Virus record (IMG/VR): IMGVR_UViG_3300020185_000051 | Span: 1 to 62,481 of that record | Source of the DNA: a virus | Lineage: Duplodnaviria > Caudoviricetes | Length of the DNA: 62,481 nucleotides | Reading direction: 5' to 3' (one strand) | Part shown: in pieces, positions 27,675 to 36,986 of the stretch | Numbering within the stretch: position 1 is the first letter of the stretch | Layout: the number at the start of each line of letters is the position of its first letter | The notes under the pieces: model-generated | Databases searched by the model: none | What the model saw: only the letters and a program-made list of their open reading frames with translations | What the model was told of the DNA's origin: nothing | Translations under genes and position numbers: made by a program

Positions 27675-28354
27675 CCTATAATACTTTCTACCCATGCAAA
27701 GTCTGGGGCATTGGTTTTTAATTTACGTTGCCAATATTGCGGATCAATGTAATCTACTATTAATCCAAGTTGATCACCGTTCATGCTATCTAGTAAATTT
27801 TGTGCTGTTTCGCTGGAATAAATAACCCAAGGACTAATACGTCCACTACATATATGAAATACAATTTGGTTAATATTAGCATGTTGCCAATAATCATTCC
27901 AGTTCATATTTGTTGACTCTGCCCATTCATTCATAAACATAATAGTTCGTTCTACCGCACGATCGCAACTTTCCTTCTTGAGTCGTTCTTTGTTCCAAAG
28001 ATTAAACTGTGTATCACGTGTCCAACTATCCAGCCTAACACTATTTTTTAACAACCATGTAGTGTATCCTTCAAAGTCGTCTATTTTTAAATCTATAGCA
28101 TACATACCAAACTTAACAAATGCACTGTAGTAATTACTACCAGCAAAGTCTTCATATGACTTTGGCTTTCTACTATTTGTACCAATTCGATAAAACAATT
28201 GAAAGGCACGATAACCCAAACGAACGTCTGGGTCATCTTTCTGCATATGTCTGCGTTTTTGTTCACAAGTGTGTGATGCTAGAGTTTTTTCTCTAACAAA
28301 ACTCTTGTTGCAATATTCGCACTTAAATTTAACTGGTGTAGCCATTTTTTCCAT
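27671..28354 (-). CDS. Conserved protein with N-terminal zinc finger
   Basis: FKCEYCNKSF...LASHTC; translationally coupled to mini-DnaE. Confidence 0.75.
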   Translation of the reverse strand: MEKMATPVKFKCEYCNKSFVREKTLASHTCEQKRRHMQKDDPDVRLGYRAFQLFYRIGTNSRKPKSYEDFAGSNYYSAFVKFGMYAIDLKIDDFEGYTTWLLKNSVRLDSWTRDTQFNLWNKERLKKESCDRAVERTIMFMNEWAESTNMNWNDYWQHANINQIVFHICSGRISPWVIYSSETAQNLLDSMNGDQLGLIVDYIDPQYWQRKLKTNAPDFAWVESIIG

Positions 28355-28360
28355 ATATTC

Positions 28361-28389
28361 ATTATAACACTAAACAATAAATCTTGCAA
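28361..28389 (-). promoter_or_regulatory. Sigma70-type promoter, leaderless geometry
   Basis: TTGCAA-N17-TATAAT-N6-ATG, with TG extended -10. Confidence 0.7.
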
Positions 28390-29263
28390 GTGGATCTTTG
28401 TGATCTTCACCACAACAAAATGCACAAAATCTGTCAAACATTTCCATTTGGTCAGTCATTGCTACAGAGTATTCAATGTTTAATTTCAAACATAGATCTG
28501 GAATATTAATATTAAACAAATCAACATGAATAACATCTGGATCATCCTTAAACATCTGATATAGAGAATTAGCTGAGAATATTTCTTCTTCAAAAACGTC
28601 ATCAATAAATTTTTGTTTATTCTCTGGCGTATTGGTTGGTACTTCTGGATAACCATGATGGTATGCTGCTTGTAGTTGCCAAAATTCTAACTTTCCTTCT
28701 GCAGCTTCCTGTCTAGCATTTCCTAATCGCCTACCTAACGCAATTCTGTAATCTTCATTATCTCCATGATGATCATGCACATGCATATCAAAGCTTTGTA
28801 CAAGTTCGTTTAAATCAAACTTCCTGCTCCAATATGCTATCGCAAACATTTTTTTATACTTTTCTGTGTTTGGATGATCGTAATCTGGCGGTCCAACAAT
28901 TACAATATTACAATTTGGGTTTTTCCATACAGTTTGTTTTGAATAGGCTCCATAACTAAGTCCAAAGATTGTTCTCACATCTAAGTTTGCGACGTAGTTG
29001 TCCATCCATGAAAAGTCGTTGTTATCTTGTTCGATAGATTCGATATAGGCGTGTGTCCAACTACTTGGATTATCACTATGATTATCCCACGGGTCAATAT
29101 CAGTTCTATCGCCTGGCTGCCAAAATTTATGTACTAGTTCAAGTTCTAAATATTCACTAAATTTAAAATTGTCTGATTTGTAAGTTGGGCTTTGTTCTAG
29201 TATCCAGCCAACAATACTTGCTGACATTCCTTCATAGCTATATATGTAGCAATGATCTTTCAT
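28370..29263 (-). CDS. Hypothetical protein, possibly sulfotransferase-like
   Basis: N-terminal YIYSYEGMSASIVGWIL resembles the loop-helix of ORFs 69 and 43636. Confidence 0.5.
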   Translation of the reverse strand: MKDHCYIYSYEGMSASIVGWILEQSPTYKSDNFKFSEYLELELVHKFWQPGDRTDIDPWDNHSDNPSSWTHAYIESIEQDNNDFSWMDNYVANLDVRTIFGLSYGAYSKQTVWKNPNCNIVIVGPPDYDHPNTEKYKKMFAIAYWSRKFDLNELVQSFDMHVHDHHGDNEDYRIALGRRLGNARQEAAEGKLEFWQLQAAYHHGYPEVPTNTPENKQKFIDDVFEEEIFSANSLYQMFKDDPDVIHVDLFNINIPDLCLKLNIEYSVAMTDQMEMFDRFCAFCCGEDHKDPLARFIV

Positions 29264-29712
29264 TTGCGTTTTCTCTTTTTATTGTCATCAAGTTGTTCTT
29301 TCAAGTCCTTAGCTTGCTTGACAGTTAATGTGTTTAAATAGATGTTAATTTCATCGTCATTTAAATAGGGATATTTTGTAGCAACTAATTCTACCATCTT
29401 GTCGCTTTTGCCACGTTTCCCTGGGGCAATCCAAGGATGGAATTGATTGCTCCCTATACCTACTACCTGTAGTAGTTGTATTTGTAGTTCTGGATGATGA
29501 CGTAATGTGTTAAAGTGTACATTAACTAGTTCATTGGTCCATTCTAAATAATGTTCTTCGAAGTCAATAACATCATGCTTTACACTACTAGCATATCGCA
29601 TTAACATCCACGGACTTACTTTCTTCTTCTCATCAGCAGTTAGATCGTTATACCAGTTTCTGTTCTTTTTATCAATTGCTGACATTTCAGCTTTAATGCT
29701 AAGTCCACCCAT
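29260..29712 (-). CDS. gp62: Clamp loader small subunit (gp62-like)
   Basis: SPWMLMRYAS...FHPWI...LNDDEINIYLNTLT; TAATG coupling gives start 29712. Confidence 0.6.
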   Translation of the reverse strand: MGGLSIKAEMSAIDKKNRNWYNDLTADEKKKVSPWMLMRYASSVKHDVIDFEEHYLEWTNELVNVHFNTLRHHPELQIQLLQVVGIGSNQFHPWIAPGKRGKSDKMVELVATKYPYLNDDEINIYLNTLTVKQAKDLKEQLDDNKKRKRK

Positions 29713-30212
29713 TACCAAATTTCGTTCATATCTAAAACCTCAGGTATCTTATTTGCATCTTTAACAATAATAATACACGGGCTTTCTGGCTCATCGCTTA
29801 ATGGCACACAAAGTAAGTGGCCATATTTTAGTTTAGGTGCATGCCATTTAATATCGTTATATATATTAACAATATCTACTTGCAAATACTGCGGCTGAAA
29901 TCCATTAATAGGATTCATTGCAAATGTAGTGAATCCACGATCGTTTAGGCTCATTAAACTAACTACTTCAGGATCACCTACTTCTGGATCACAAATAATA
30001 ATACTCCAATCAAGTGGTACATTCACTGTATATTTACCAATTTGTAATACCGCCGCTGGACTATAAAAACTTTCCAAAAAGATTAGTGGAATAAAGTAAT
30101 AGTCTACATTCTTTGGATTTGTGTAATCTAATACACCATATCTCAAGTCATCAATTGTTTCTGGTATTTCATCCAGTTCATATGTAGTGTTGTCTACTGT
30201 TAGGATTTTCAT
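29712..30212 (-). CDS. Conserved hypothetical protein (possible degenerate HINT-like fold)
   Basis: 166 aa, beta-rich; ATGA-coupled to uvsW. Confidence 0.65.
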   Translation of the reverse strand: MKILTVDNTTYELDEIPETIDDLRYGVLDYTNPKNVDYYFIPLIFLESFYSPAAVLQIGKYTVNVPLDWSIIICDPEVGDPEVVSLMSLNDRGFTTFAMNPINGFQPQYLQVDIVNIYNDIKWHAPKLKYGHLLCVPLSDEPESPCIIIVKDANKIPEVLDMNEIW

Positions 30213-31660
30213 TTGTATTTTACTTTCTCGATTGTAAACGGATAGTTTGCCTCTTTATAAAACTTTTTTCTTTCCGTTAAATGTTTTTTGCTATACTTAG
30301 CGGTACTTGTTATGTCCCAGATTTGTACAAAATCTTTATCTTCTGCTTTTCTTACTCCACGCCCAATTGACTGAATTACTCTTACAAAGGACTTGCCAGG
30401 CTCCAGTAGAACCATGTTAAAGATACGAGGAATGTTAATGCCCACGGAAGCAACTCCATAGGTCGCGATAGTAATACTATTATTTGATTCATTAATTTCA
30501 TCATACGCCTCTTTTCTGTCAGTTGTTTTCATTATACCACTTACAAACTTTGCATTTGGCAGATTCTCCAATAACATTTCTCCGCTTTTAATTCTATCTA
30601 CGAGTACTAATGTATTGCCGTCTTGTGAAATTCTTTCAAGTAATTCACTGATGTAACGTATGCGAGCTTTGTCTGTTGTTAAGTAGCTTAGTTCACTTTG
30701 GTAGTTATTATATTCCACATGTTCCATCATTTGCACAACATTAACATGACATTTACTTAAAACGTCCATATCTTGTAATGTTTTAGCCGCCAGTCGATTG
30801 ACTACTTCTCCCAAGCAAGCTTGCAAACTTACAAACTCATGTGGTGCTTTAGGAATAGTTCCTGTTAATCCCCAACGTAGCGGAATATGCGCAAAATCCT
30901 TTGTTAACATTTCTTTAAGTACATCAGCTTTTGCTTGGTGTACTTCGTCAACAATCACACATACTACATCTTCAGCAAATTCAGCTAATCCCAGTTCGCT
31001 CTCGCCTTCACGGAAACGCTTCTTAATACTGTTTAAACTTTGCCAAGTACAAATAGTATGTGTCTTGCCAATGTCTTTTTTATCTCCATAATAAACTCCA
31101 ACATCTAATCCTAAGTTTTCATAATCAGCGGCAGTTTGTCGTACTAGATCTTTATTAGGAACGATAACAATACTGCGGCCATATTCTTCTATCTTATAAC
31201 TTAATGCTGCTGTAATAAGTGTTTTACCGGCACCAGTTGCAATCTCTTGTAAGCAATGCGGCGTTTCCAAAAACTTATTTACGATCTCAATCTGATAGTC
31301 TCGCAATGTTACAGGTTGTCCTGCAACTGGGTGTTTCTCTGGCCAAACTTTATGTTGAAATGTCTCTGTTGATACTTTATCAAAATATAAATTATGATTT
31401 GTTCTCAAATCTTGAATCTCAGGAGCATATCCGTCACCAATAATAATTGGCAATACACGATCTAGTAAATTAGTATATGTAACTCCCCCTACAGTAAAAT
31501 AAGTAGCACACCCATCCCATCTGCCTAGTTTGTAGGCAGGAACATGATATGCATGGGGCATAAAAAACTTTAACTCTTTTTCGCACTTGCGCCTAGTGTC
31601 CAGATCAAGTCCTTCAATCTTGCAGTTAACTTCATCTTTTAAAATAATTTTACATGTCAT
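30209..31660 (-). CDS. uvsW: UvsW-like SF2 helicase
   Basis: LRDYQ, ATGAGKT, DEVH, GLTGT, QSIGRGVR. Confidence 0.92.
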   Translation of the reverse strand: MTCKIILKDEVNCKIEGLDLDTRRKCEKELKFFMPHAYHVPAYKLGRWDGCATYFTVGGVTYTNLLDRVLPIIIGDGYAPEIQDLRTNHNLYFDKVSTETFQHKVWPEKHPVAGQPVTLRDYQIEIVNKFLETPHCLQEIATGAGKTLITAALSYKIEEYGRSIVIVPNKDLVRQTAADYENLGLDVGVYYGDKKDIGKTHTICTWQSLNSIKKRFREGESELGLAEFAEDVVCVIVDEVHQAKADVLKEMLTKDFAHIPLRWGLTGTIPKAPHEFVSLQACLGEVVNRLAAKTLQDMDVLSKCHVNVVQMMEHVEYNNYQSELSYLTTDKARIRYISELLERISQDGNTLVLVDRIKSGEMLLENLPNAKFVSGIMKTTDRKEAYDEINESNNSITIATYGVASVGINIPRIFNMVLLEPGKSFVRVIQSIGRGVRKAEDKDFVQIWDITSTAKYSKKHLTERKKFYKEANYPFTIEKVKYK

Positions 31661-31666
31661 ACTAAT

Positions 31667-31695
31667 ACTATACTTTATATAAGGGAGGGTGTCAA
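31667..31695 (-). promoter_or_regulatory. Sigma70-type promoter, leaderless geometry
   Basis: TTGACA-N17-TATAGT-N6-ATG. Confidence 0.78.
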
Positions 31696-31701
31696 TCTAA
31701 A

Positions 31702-32037
31702 TTAACTTTTCAGATACAATAGTAGTCCGTACAAGCAAATTAATGTTAATGCAATAGCTGCAGATATTGCCGTCCAGAAATTATAATTTAAGATCATATA
31801 TGAAAATACAGGAAAAAATATCAAACTAACAACTACAAAATAAACAGTTTCTTTGGCTAATTTTGCAAACGTTGCTGGATCAATACCTCCTCCATAATGC
31901 ATAAACACTAAACTAATAATAGTGCCTAATGGTATGCCCAAAATAAGTGCGCCAATAGTCGGGTTTCCTCTTTGGGCGGCGCTTACTACACTGGCGACAA
32001 TAATGCCGCCAATGATTGCTTTGATTAAAAATTCCAT
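31702..32037 (-). CDS. Small four-TM membrane protein (GlpM/DUF3147-like)
   Basis: LIKAIIGGIIVA...PTIGALILGIPL; four hydrophobic segments. Confidence 0.65.
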   Translation of the reverse strand: MEFLIKAIIGGIIVASVVSAAQRGNPTIGALILGIPLGTIISLVFMHYGGGIDPATFAKLAKETVYFVVVSLIFFPVFSYMILNYNFWTAISAAIALTLICLYGLLLYLKS

Positions 32038-32038
32038 T

Positions 32039-32902
32039 CTACTTCCGTTTCATACAAGTTACTTCGGCAGTACGCATCCATTTGCTACCCATTGACTTTT
32101 TAAGGTCAGCAAGTTTAGTAACCATACGTAAACTAATCTCACGCATACGGTCTTTGTTATCGATCATAAAGTTCATTAGTTGTGTTTCTTCTTGGGCAGT
32201 AAAGTCGTATTCGTTAAGCATACCATCTGCAACGATTTGCTTACAACGCAATACCTTTTCACGTGTTGTATCCATTGTAAGATCTAAATAGTGACAACGT
32301 GACATAATAGCATCTAGGTGATCTTTAATTTTGCCACGTACTTTATCAAACTTAAGGTTTGTAATAAAAATAACACTACCTTTAAATTCAAACTTATCAG
32401 GAATGCCTTCACGGCGTAGCAATGCACTATCTGTATTCCAGCTCAAAGTACGCTTCTTGCTTGAGTCTAGTGCCGCTTTAAGCAAGTTAAGCGATGTCTC
32501 ATCATACAATACTGTATCACAATCATCTAGCACAAGAACACTTTTTCTATCTGCATTATTGTACAATACTTTATACAACCCAATTGCACTTGACGCACCT
32601 TTGATAACTTCGTATCGTAGCTTGTTTTCAGCCATTACATCAAATAAGGAGTCTTTTTCTAAAACAGCTTCTACACCAAATGACTTACCAACGCCTGGAG
32701 GTCCTGTTACAACCATACCACGCACAACGCCATCAATTGACGCTTGTGTCATATCATCTAGAATACTAAAACGTTCACGCATACGTTCAATAATTTCTGC
32801 GTCTGTTTCATTTGGATTATCAATTGCTTCATCTTGTACTACTTCTAAAATTTTAGTAGCTTTTTTAGCACGAGTTTTTTTAAGTTGCATTACAGTTGCC
32901 AT
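32039..32902 (-). CDS. P-loop (AAA-like) ATPase
   Basis: GPPGVGKS, VLVLDDCD, IFITN, SR; promoter TTGACA-N17-TAGAAT at 32967-32939. Confidence 0.85.
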   Translation of the reverse strand: MATVMQLKKTRAKKATKILEVVQDEAIDNPNETDAEIIERMRERFSILDDMTQASIDGVVRGMVVTGPPGVGKSFGVEAVLEKDSLFDVMAENKLRYEVIKGASSAIGLYKVLYNNADRKSVLVLDDCDTVLYDETSLNLLKAALDSSKKRTLSWNTDSALLRREGIPDKFEFKGSVIFITNLKFDKVRGKIKDHLDAIMSRCHYLDLTMDTTREKVLRCKQIVADGMLNEYDFTAQEETQLMNFMIDNKDRMREISLRMVTKLADLKKSMGSKWMRTAEVTCMKRK

Positions 32903-33012
32903 TTTATTTCTCCATACGTTTCATCTAATTACCTTTACATTCTATATAAAGACAATACAATTGTCAATCAGAAAGCGAACAAACAAATCGTTAACTTTCA
33001 ATAGGTTATAAA

Positions 33013-33735
33013 TTAATATATTTTTACACGATTTACTAGTGTTTCTTTTGCGTTACTGAATCGACCAACTTCATGACGATGTGCTGTGCCGCGGAGCCTG
33101 ATTGTTTTTCCTTGAATAATATCATTGATATCAGGCTGGTCTCTCCACCAGAATTTAATAATATCTCTATTATTATGGACGGAGGTAATCATATACACTC
33201 CACTGGATTGGATATATTTGCAATCTATTATTTCTACAGATATATCATATCGAGTTTTTATTTCACCAAAATATTCACTATCGAATCGCAGTTCTTCCAG
33301 TTTAGTTTCAACTTTTGTTCTATGCGCATCAATTATATTCATATTTGGAATACTGGCAATAATAGCAATTTGAAACTTTGACAGTTCATTACCAGCAGAT
33401 AATGCTTTTGCAACATTATTTTCAAAATCGTTAATTGTACCATTCATTTTCTTCATCATAAACTTTCCTTGAAATTTTTTACAAATTTCTGTTGCGGTAG
33501 TCATTGATTTAATAGATGGTTGTGTTTGTGACATAATAAGTTCAGATAGCATTGTTTTGCTATCTTGTACTACAACACGGTTTTCTCCGTTGTCATCAAA
33601 TTTTACATAGCCTTGCCCACTTCTGACAAAGCCAAATTTTTCATAAGTTTCGAGAGCTAATGCTAGTACCTGTACAGGGTTATAATCTGCAACTGCTACT
33701 AGCAAAGCTTCTCGAGTATCTGTAGTTGTGGTCAT
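33013..33735 (-). CDS. Hypothetical early protein with OB-fold-like C-terminus
   Basis: Start MTTTT after GGAG; promoter TTGACT-N17-TAGTAT at 33820-33792; ends GKTIRLRGT...ETLVNRVKI. Confidence 0.65.
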   Translation of the reverse strand: MTTTTDTREALLVAVADYNPVQVLALALETYEKFGFVRSGQGYVKFDDNGENRVVVQDSKTMLSELIMSQTQPSIKSMTTATEICKKFQGKFMMKKMNGTINDFENNVAKALSAGNELSKFQIAIIASIPNMNIIDAHRTKVETKLEELRFDSEYFGEIKTRYDISVEIIDCKYIQSSGVYMITSVHNNRDIIKFWWRDQPDINDIIQGKTIRLRGTAHRHEVGRFSNAKETLVNRVKIY

Positions 33736-33841
33736 TTTTCTATCTCCGCATATTTGAGTGCATTGTTTCAGCACTCTGTGTCCGTATTATTATACTAGCA
33801 AATACAGATACCAAAGTCAAGCCTTAAAGTGAATAAAAGTC

Positions 33842-33870
33842 AAAAAAATACCTCCCACTAGGGGAGGTAA
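33842..33870 (-). terminator. Intrinsic terminator after uvsY
   Basis: TACCTCCC/GGGAGGTA stem followed by T7 on the minus strand. Confidence 0.8.
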
Positions 33871-33894
33871 GTGTTATACCAAATGTCACAATGG

Positions 33895-34353
33895 TTATAA
33901 GCTAATATCTTCTAGGCCTGCGGCCCTTAGTTTAACAATATTATTAATCTGAAACTGTTTTGCTTCTAGTGCTTTAATAACACCAATGAAGCGGTTTCTG
34001 ACTAAACTAAAATCGTTGATAACATATTGTAAGTTTACAACATCATCTTCGCCATCAACAAACTTTTCAGCGTCGCGACTACTTAACGCTCTTGCATATG
34101 TTTCTAAAAATTTTCTAAATGTTTTACTACGTATCTTTCGCATTTCTGTATTTAAAAATTCAAGTATCGCTTCCACTTCTTGAAGTTGATTAAAACGAAA
34201 CTCTACAATGCCAGGCATGTCTCTACTCTGCTTTTCTAAGTTTCCTTTCATACCACATTCAAATCTAGCTGATTCAATCTCACGCTCAAAGTGTGAGATT
34301 GCACCAACAATTTCTGCCATATTAGCCGTAACTTTGCGATACCAAATGCTCAT
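33895..34353 (-). CDS. uvsY: UvsY-like recombination mediator
   Basis: Helical; RDAEKFVDGEDD...FQINNIVKLRAAG; downstream of uvsX. Confidence 0.75.
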   Translation of the reverse strand: MSIWYRKVTANMAEIVGAISHFEREIESARFECGMKGNLEKQSRDMPGIVEFRFNQLQEVEAILEFLNTEMRKIRSKTFRKFLETYARALSSRDAEKFVDGEDDVVNLQYVINDFSLVRNRFIGVIKALEAKQFQINNIVKLRAAGLEDISL

Positions 34354-34614
34354 TTATTCGTCCCAATCGCCATAGGCGTCCGTGTCTAAATATTCTTCTT
34401 CTTCTTCATCTTCGAGAACAATTGACATTGCTTTATCCAAATAAGGACATGTTTCGACGAATTCTTCGATGTGAAATTGTATTTCAACACCTTCAGATTG
34501 TAGTAGATCCAAATATCTAAATGCCCAGTCTGGTCGATCTTTTGCAGGGATCAAACTCTTTGCACCTGAATACATTGACAAATATACTGATAGCTCAGCC
34601 TCACTGAGGGTCAT
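34354..34614 (-). CDS. Small acidic hypothetical protein
   Basis: Start MTLSEAE after GGAGG; acidic tail. Confidence 0.65.
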   Translation of the reverse strand: MTLSEAELSVYLSMYSGAKSLIPAKDRPDWAFRYLDLLQSEGVEIQFHIEEFVETCPYLDKAMSIVLEDEEEEEYLDTDAYGDWDE

Positions 34615-35740
34615 TTTGCGCCTCCATGTCAGCACTACGTTGAGCTTCTAATTCTTCTTGCTCCATTGCATCTAGAACTTCATCTTCTTCAACTGCATCA
34701 ACTACTTCATCATCCCACTCTGACATGACAAGATCTAGCGCACCGTCTTTGTTGGCATTCCAAGGTTTACGGAACATTTTAATTACTTCGCCTGTTGTTG
34801 GGCTAGTGTATTCTAAACTGTTGCCGCTTTTCTTGAGTACATCTTTTGCTTCCAAAAACTCAACAAGCCCACTATAAGGACTCATACCTGTTTCATAAGG
34901 AATTTCCACCTGTACACTTTCAAAGGGTTTAGCATAACGTGTTTTCATTACTTTACACGCCGCTCTAATACCATGTACTTGTGAAGTTTTATTGCCATCT
35001 GCATCAACTTTTAGTTTAAGTTTACGCATTGCAACCACAATACTTGATGCATAGATAAAGCCTTGACCGCCACTGATCTTGTCATCTGGATCAAACATAT
35101 CTTGTGATGCATATGTATGGTTAGTTGCCATTAAGCCAACGTTAAATTCTCCAAACATATTAACAGTATTACGAACAAGTGCTGTTAGTGCTTTGGGTTT
35201 ACGACCTAAGTCACCTTTCATATCACCTGCTTCAAACTGTTTAACGTCTGTTGGTGTCAACATCATACCCAAACTGTCTAATACAAATAGAACTTTTGGA
35301 CGATCGTCTTTTTCTTTGTCAGTGTACTCTTTTTTATAGTCTTGCATAAAGTCACTGATCACTTTAGCAACATCATCAATCATTGCTAAGTTAAGTTTTA
35401 GTAGTTTTTCTGGCGAAGTATCTACGTCAAGTGCATGTAACCATTTGGCATCCAATGCATTTTCTGTATCAATAAGAACAACAAAAATACCTTGCTCTTG
35501 TGCTTGCTTTACAATGTTACCAGATGCAATGTATGATTTACCTGCGCCTGATTCACCAGCTAGTACTGATACTTTACCTAGTGGAATACCTTTGTTAAAG
35601 TCTCCACTGATTAGTTTGTTTAAGGTATAATTACCTGTACTGATCCATGTATCTGGATCATTAAACCCGACACTAAGTCCGGGTACCGCCTTCGTAATAC
35701 TCTTGCGGAATTTACTTACATCAAATGGTTTAGTTGACAT
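34601..35740 (-). CDS. uvsX: UvsX/RecA-family recombinase
   Basis: ISTG, GESGAGKS, IDTENALD, LDSLG, SGGQG, KTRY. Confidence 0.93.
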   Translation of the reverse strand: MSTKPFDVSKFRKSITKAVPGLSVGFNDPDTWISTGNYTLNKLISGDFNKGIPLGKVSVLAGESGAGKSYIASGNIVKQAQEQGIFVVLIDTENALDAKWLHALDVDTSPEKLLKLNLAMIDDVAKVISDFMQDYKKEYTDKEKDDRPKVLFVLDSLGMMLTPTDVKQFEAGDMKGDLGRKPKALTALVRNTVNMFGEFNVGLMATNHTYASQDMFDPDDKISGGQGFIYASSIVVAMRKLKLKVDADGNKTSQVHGIRAACKVMKTRYAKPFESVQVEIPYETGMSPYSGLVEFLEAKDVLKKSGNSLEYTSPTTGEVIKMFRKPWNANKDGALDLVMSEWDDEVVDAVEEDEVLDAMEQEELEAQRSADMEAQNDPQ

Positions 35741-35764
35741 ATATATTCTCCTAGTTAAAAGGTA

Positions 35765-35787
35765 GCAAGGGACATAAAGTCCCCTGC
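35765..35787 (-). terminator. Stem-loop between gp32 and uvsX (terminator or processing site)
   Basis: GCAGGGGAC-TTTAT-GTCCCTTGC followed by TACCTTTT. Confidence 0.5.
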
Positions 35788-35800
35788 ATTAATGTTTATC

Positions 35801-36826
35801 TTAAGTTTTTGGACGTTGGCGAATTGCTGCAAGAATATCTTGTGCTGACGCCTTTCCTGTGTCAGCCGCTGCTGCCGCTGGAGCAGGTGCTGCTGGTTCC
35901 TGCCAACCTGTATCATTAACAGTTTCAGCAACCGGTGCTGGAGCAGGTGCTGGAGCAGGTGCTGGTGCTGGTGCAGGGGTCGCCGCTGGAGCTGCTGTTT
36001 GTACTGGTGCAGTTGGACGTGGTCCTGACGATGGTGCTTCTACACCATATGGACGATAGTAATTTGCAAACCGCTCTGGATCATATAGTTGACCCTCTAC
36101 ACTTGCTTCGAACATTTCGAAGATAGCATTTAGATGCTCTGCATCTGGCTTCTTAGGCAAGAAGTCATTTAAGTTATACAGTCCGTGTTGTGCAATTGCA
36201 TCACGTTCTGTTTGATCTAAACTACGTTCACGTCGAGCCCAGTTTGATGTACCATAGTCAGCATACTGACCTTTTTTACCCTTAACTACTTTAAAGTCTG
36301 TTCCTGCTTCATAATCAGTAGGTAGCTCTTGGAATTCTGGATCCATTAGTGCTGCACTAATAATTTTAAAAATTTGAGGACTAATAACAAATCTACGAAT
36401 TGGATTTGCTGGTTTTTCTTCATTTAGTGGATTGTCTGGAACAAAGCCTTGGAAAATATAAGAACGCTTCTTCCAGTACTTACGTGCTGTGTCTTCCATG
36501 GATGGATCTTTAAACCATGGACGAATTTCTGCATGGATTGGGCAAGTTTCGCCCCAAGTTTCAGTACAAGGTACTTGAATTGTTACGGGCTTATGTTCGT
36601 CTCCGCCCTTTACACCAGAAAATTCTAGACGAATCATTTGACGTTCTTTCCAAAAGAACGTATTGCTTTCGTCAGAGTCCGGCAAGAATCGCAATGTTGC
36701 GCTTTCGCCTTCGTTAATATTCCAATGTGTGAAAATTTGATTGTCACCTGATCCTGATGACTTATTAGAACTACCTTTGTTCTCCATTTCGAGCAATTTT
36801 GCTCTGATCTCTGCTAGTGATGCCAT
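35801..36826 (-). CDS. gp32: Single-stranded DNA-binding protein (gp32-like)
   Basis: ATLRFLPD, PC...CP, YWKKRSY, GTDFKVVK, YADYGTSNW; Pro/Ala linker; promoter TTGACA-N17-TACACT at 36966-36938. Confidence 0.88.
   Translation of the reverse strand: MASLAEIRAKLLEMENKGSSNKSSGSGDNQIFTHWNINEGESATLRFLPDSDESNTFFWKERQMIRLEFSGVKGGDEHKPVTIQVPCTETWGETCPIHAEIRPWFKDPSMEDTARKYWKKRSYIFQGFVPDNPLNEEKPANPIRRFVISPQIFKIISAALMDPEFQELPTDYEAGTDFKVVKGKKGQYADYGTSNWARRERSLDQTERDAIAQHGLYNLNDFLPKKPDAEHLNAIFEMFEASVEGQLYDPERFANYYRPYGVEAPSSGPRPTAPVQTAAPAATPAPAPAPAPAPAPAPVAETVNDTGWQEPAAPAPAAAAADTGKASAQDILAAIRQRPKT
35934..35978 (-). repeat. Coding (Pro-Ala)n repeat in the SSB linker
   Basis: Tandem GCTGGAGCAGGT-type units encoding PAPAPAPAPAPAP. 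Confidence 0.8.
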
Positions 36827-36986
36827 TATATTTCTCCTTGTGCCTTTATTAGCCTTTAATGGTAGCGGAACACTGTTCCACTTTGCTGTTTATGTTTTAT
36901 GTAACCTATTGATTACGTTGCCTTTATTAGTATATACAGTGTAGTACTTTTATTGCTCACTGTCAAGCAATTTTTTTGACTTCTTA

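Noticed and set aside
27093-27695. Mini-DnaE as a pseudogene or frameshifted fragment
   Set aside because: Motifs from distant parts of DnaE are joined in one frame, and flanking ORFs show no DnaE motifs
32996-33010. TAACCTATTGA, also at 36902, as an IHF-like site
   Set aside because: Only two copies in AT-rich DNA, and one coincides with a leader hairpin; insufficient support
32331-33011. 226-aa plus-strand ORF
   Set aside because: Antisense to the ATPase; Ser-rich composition typical of a reverse-frame shadow
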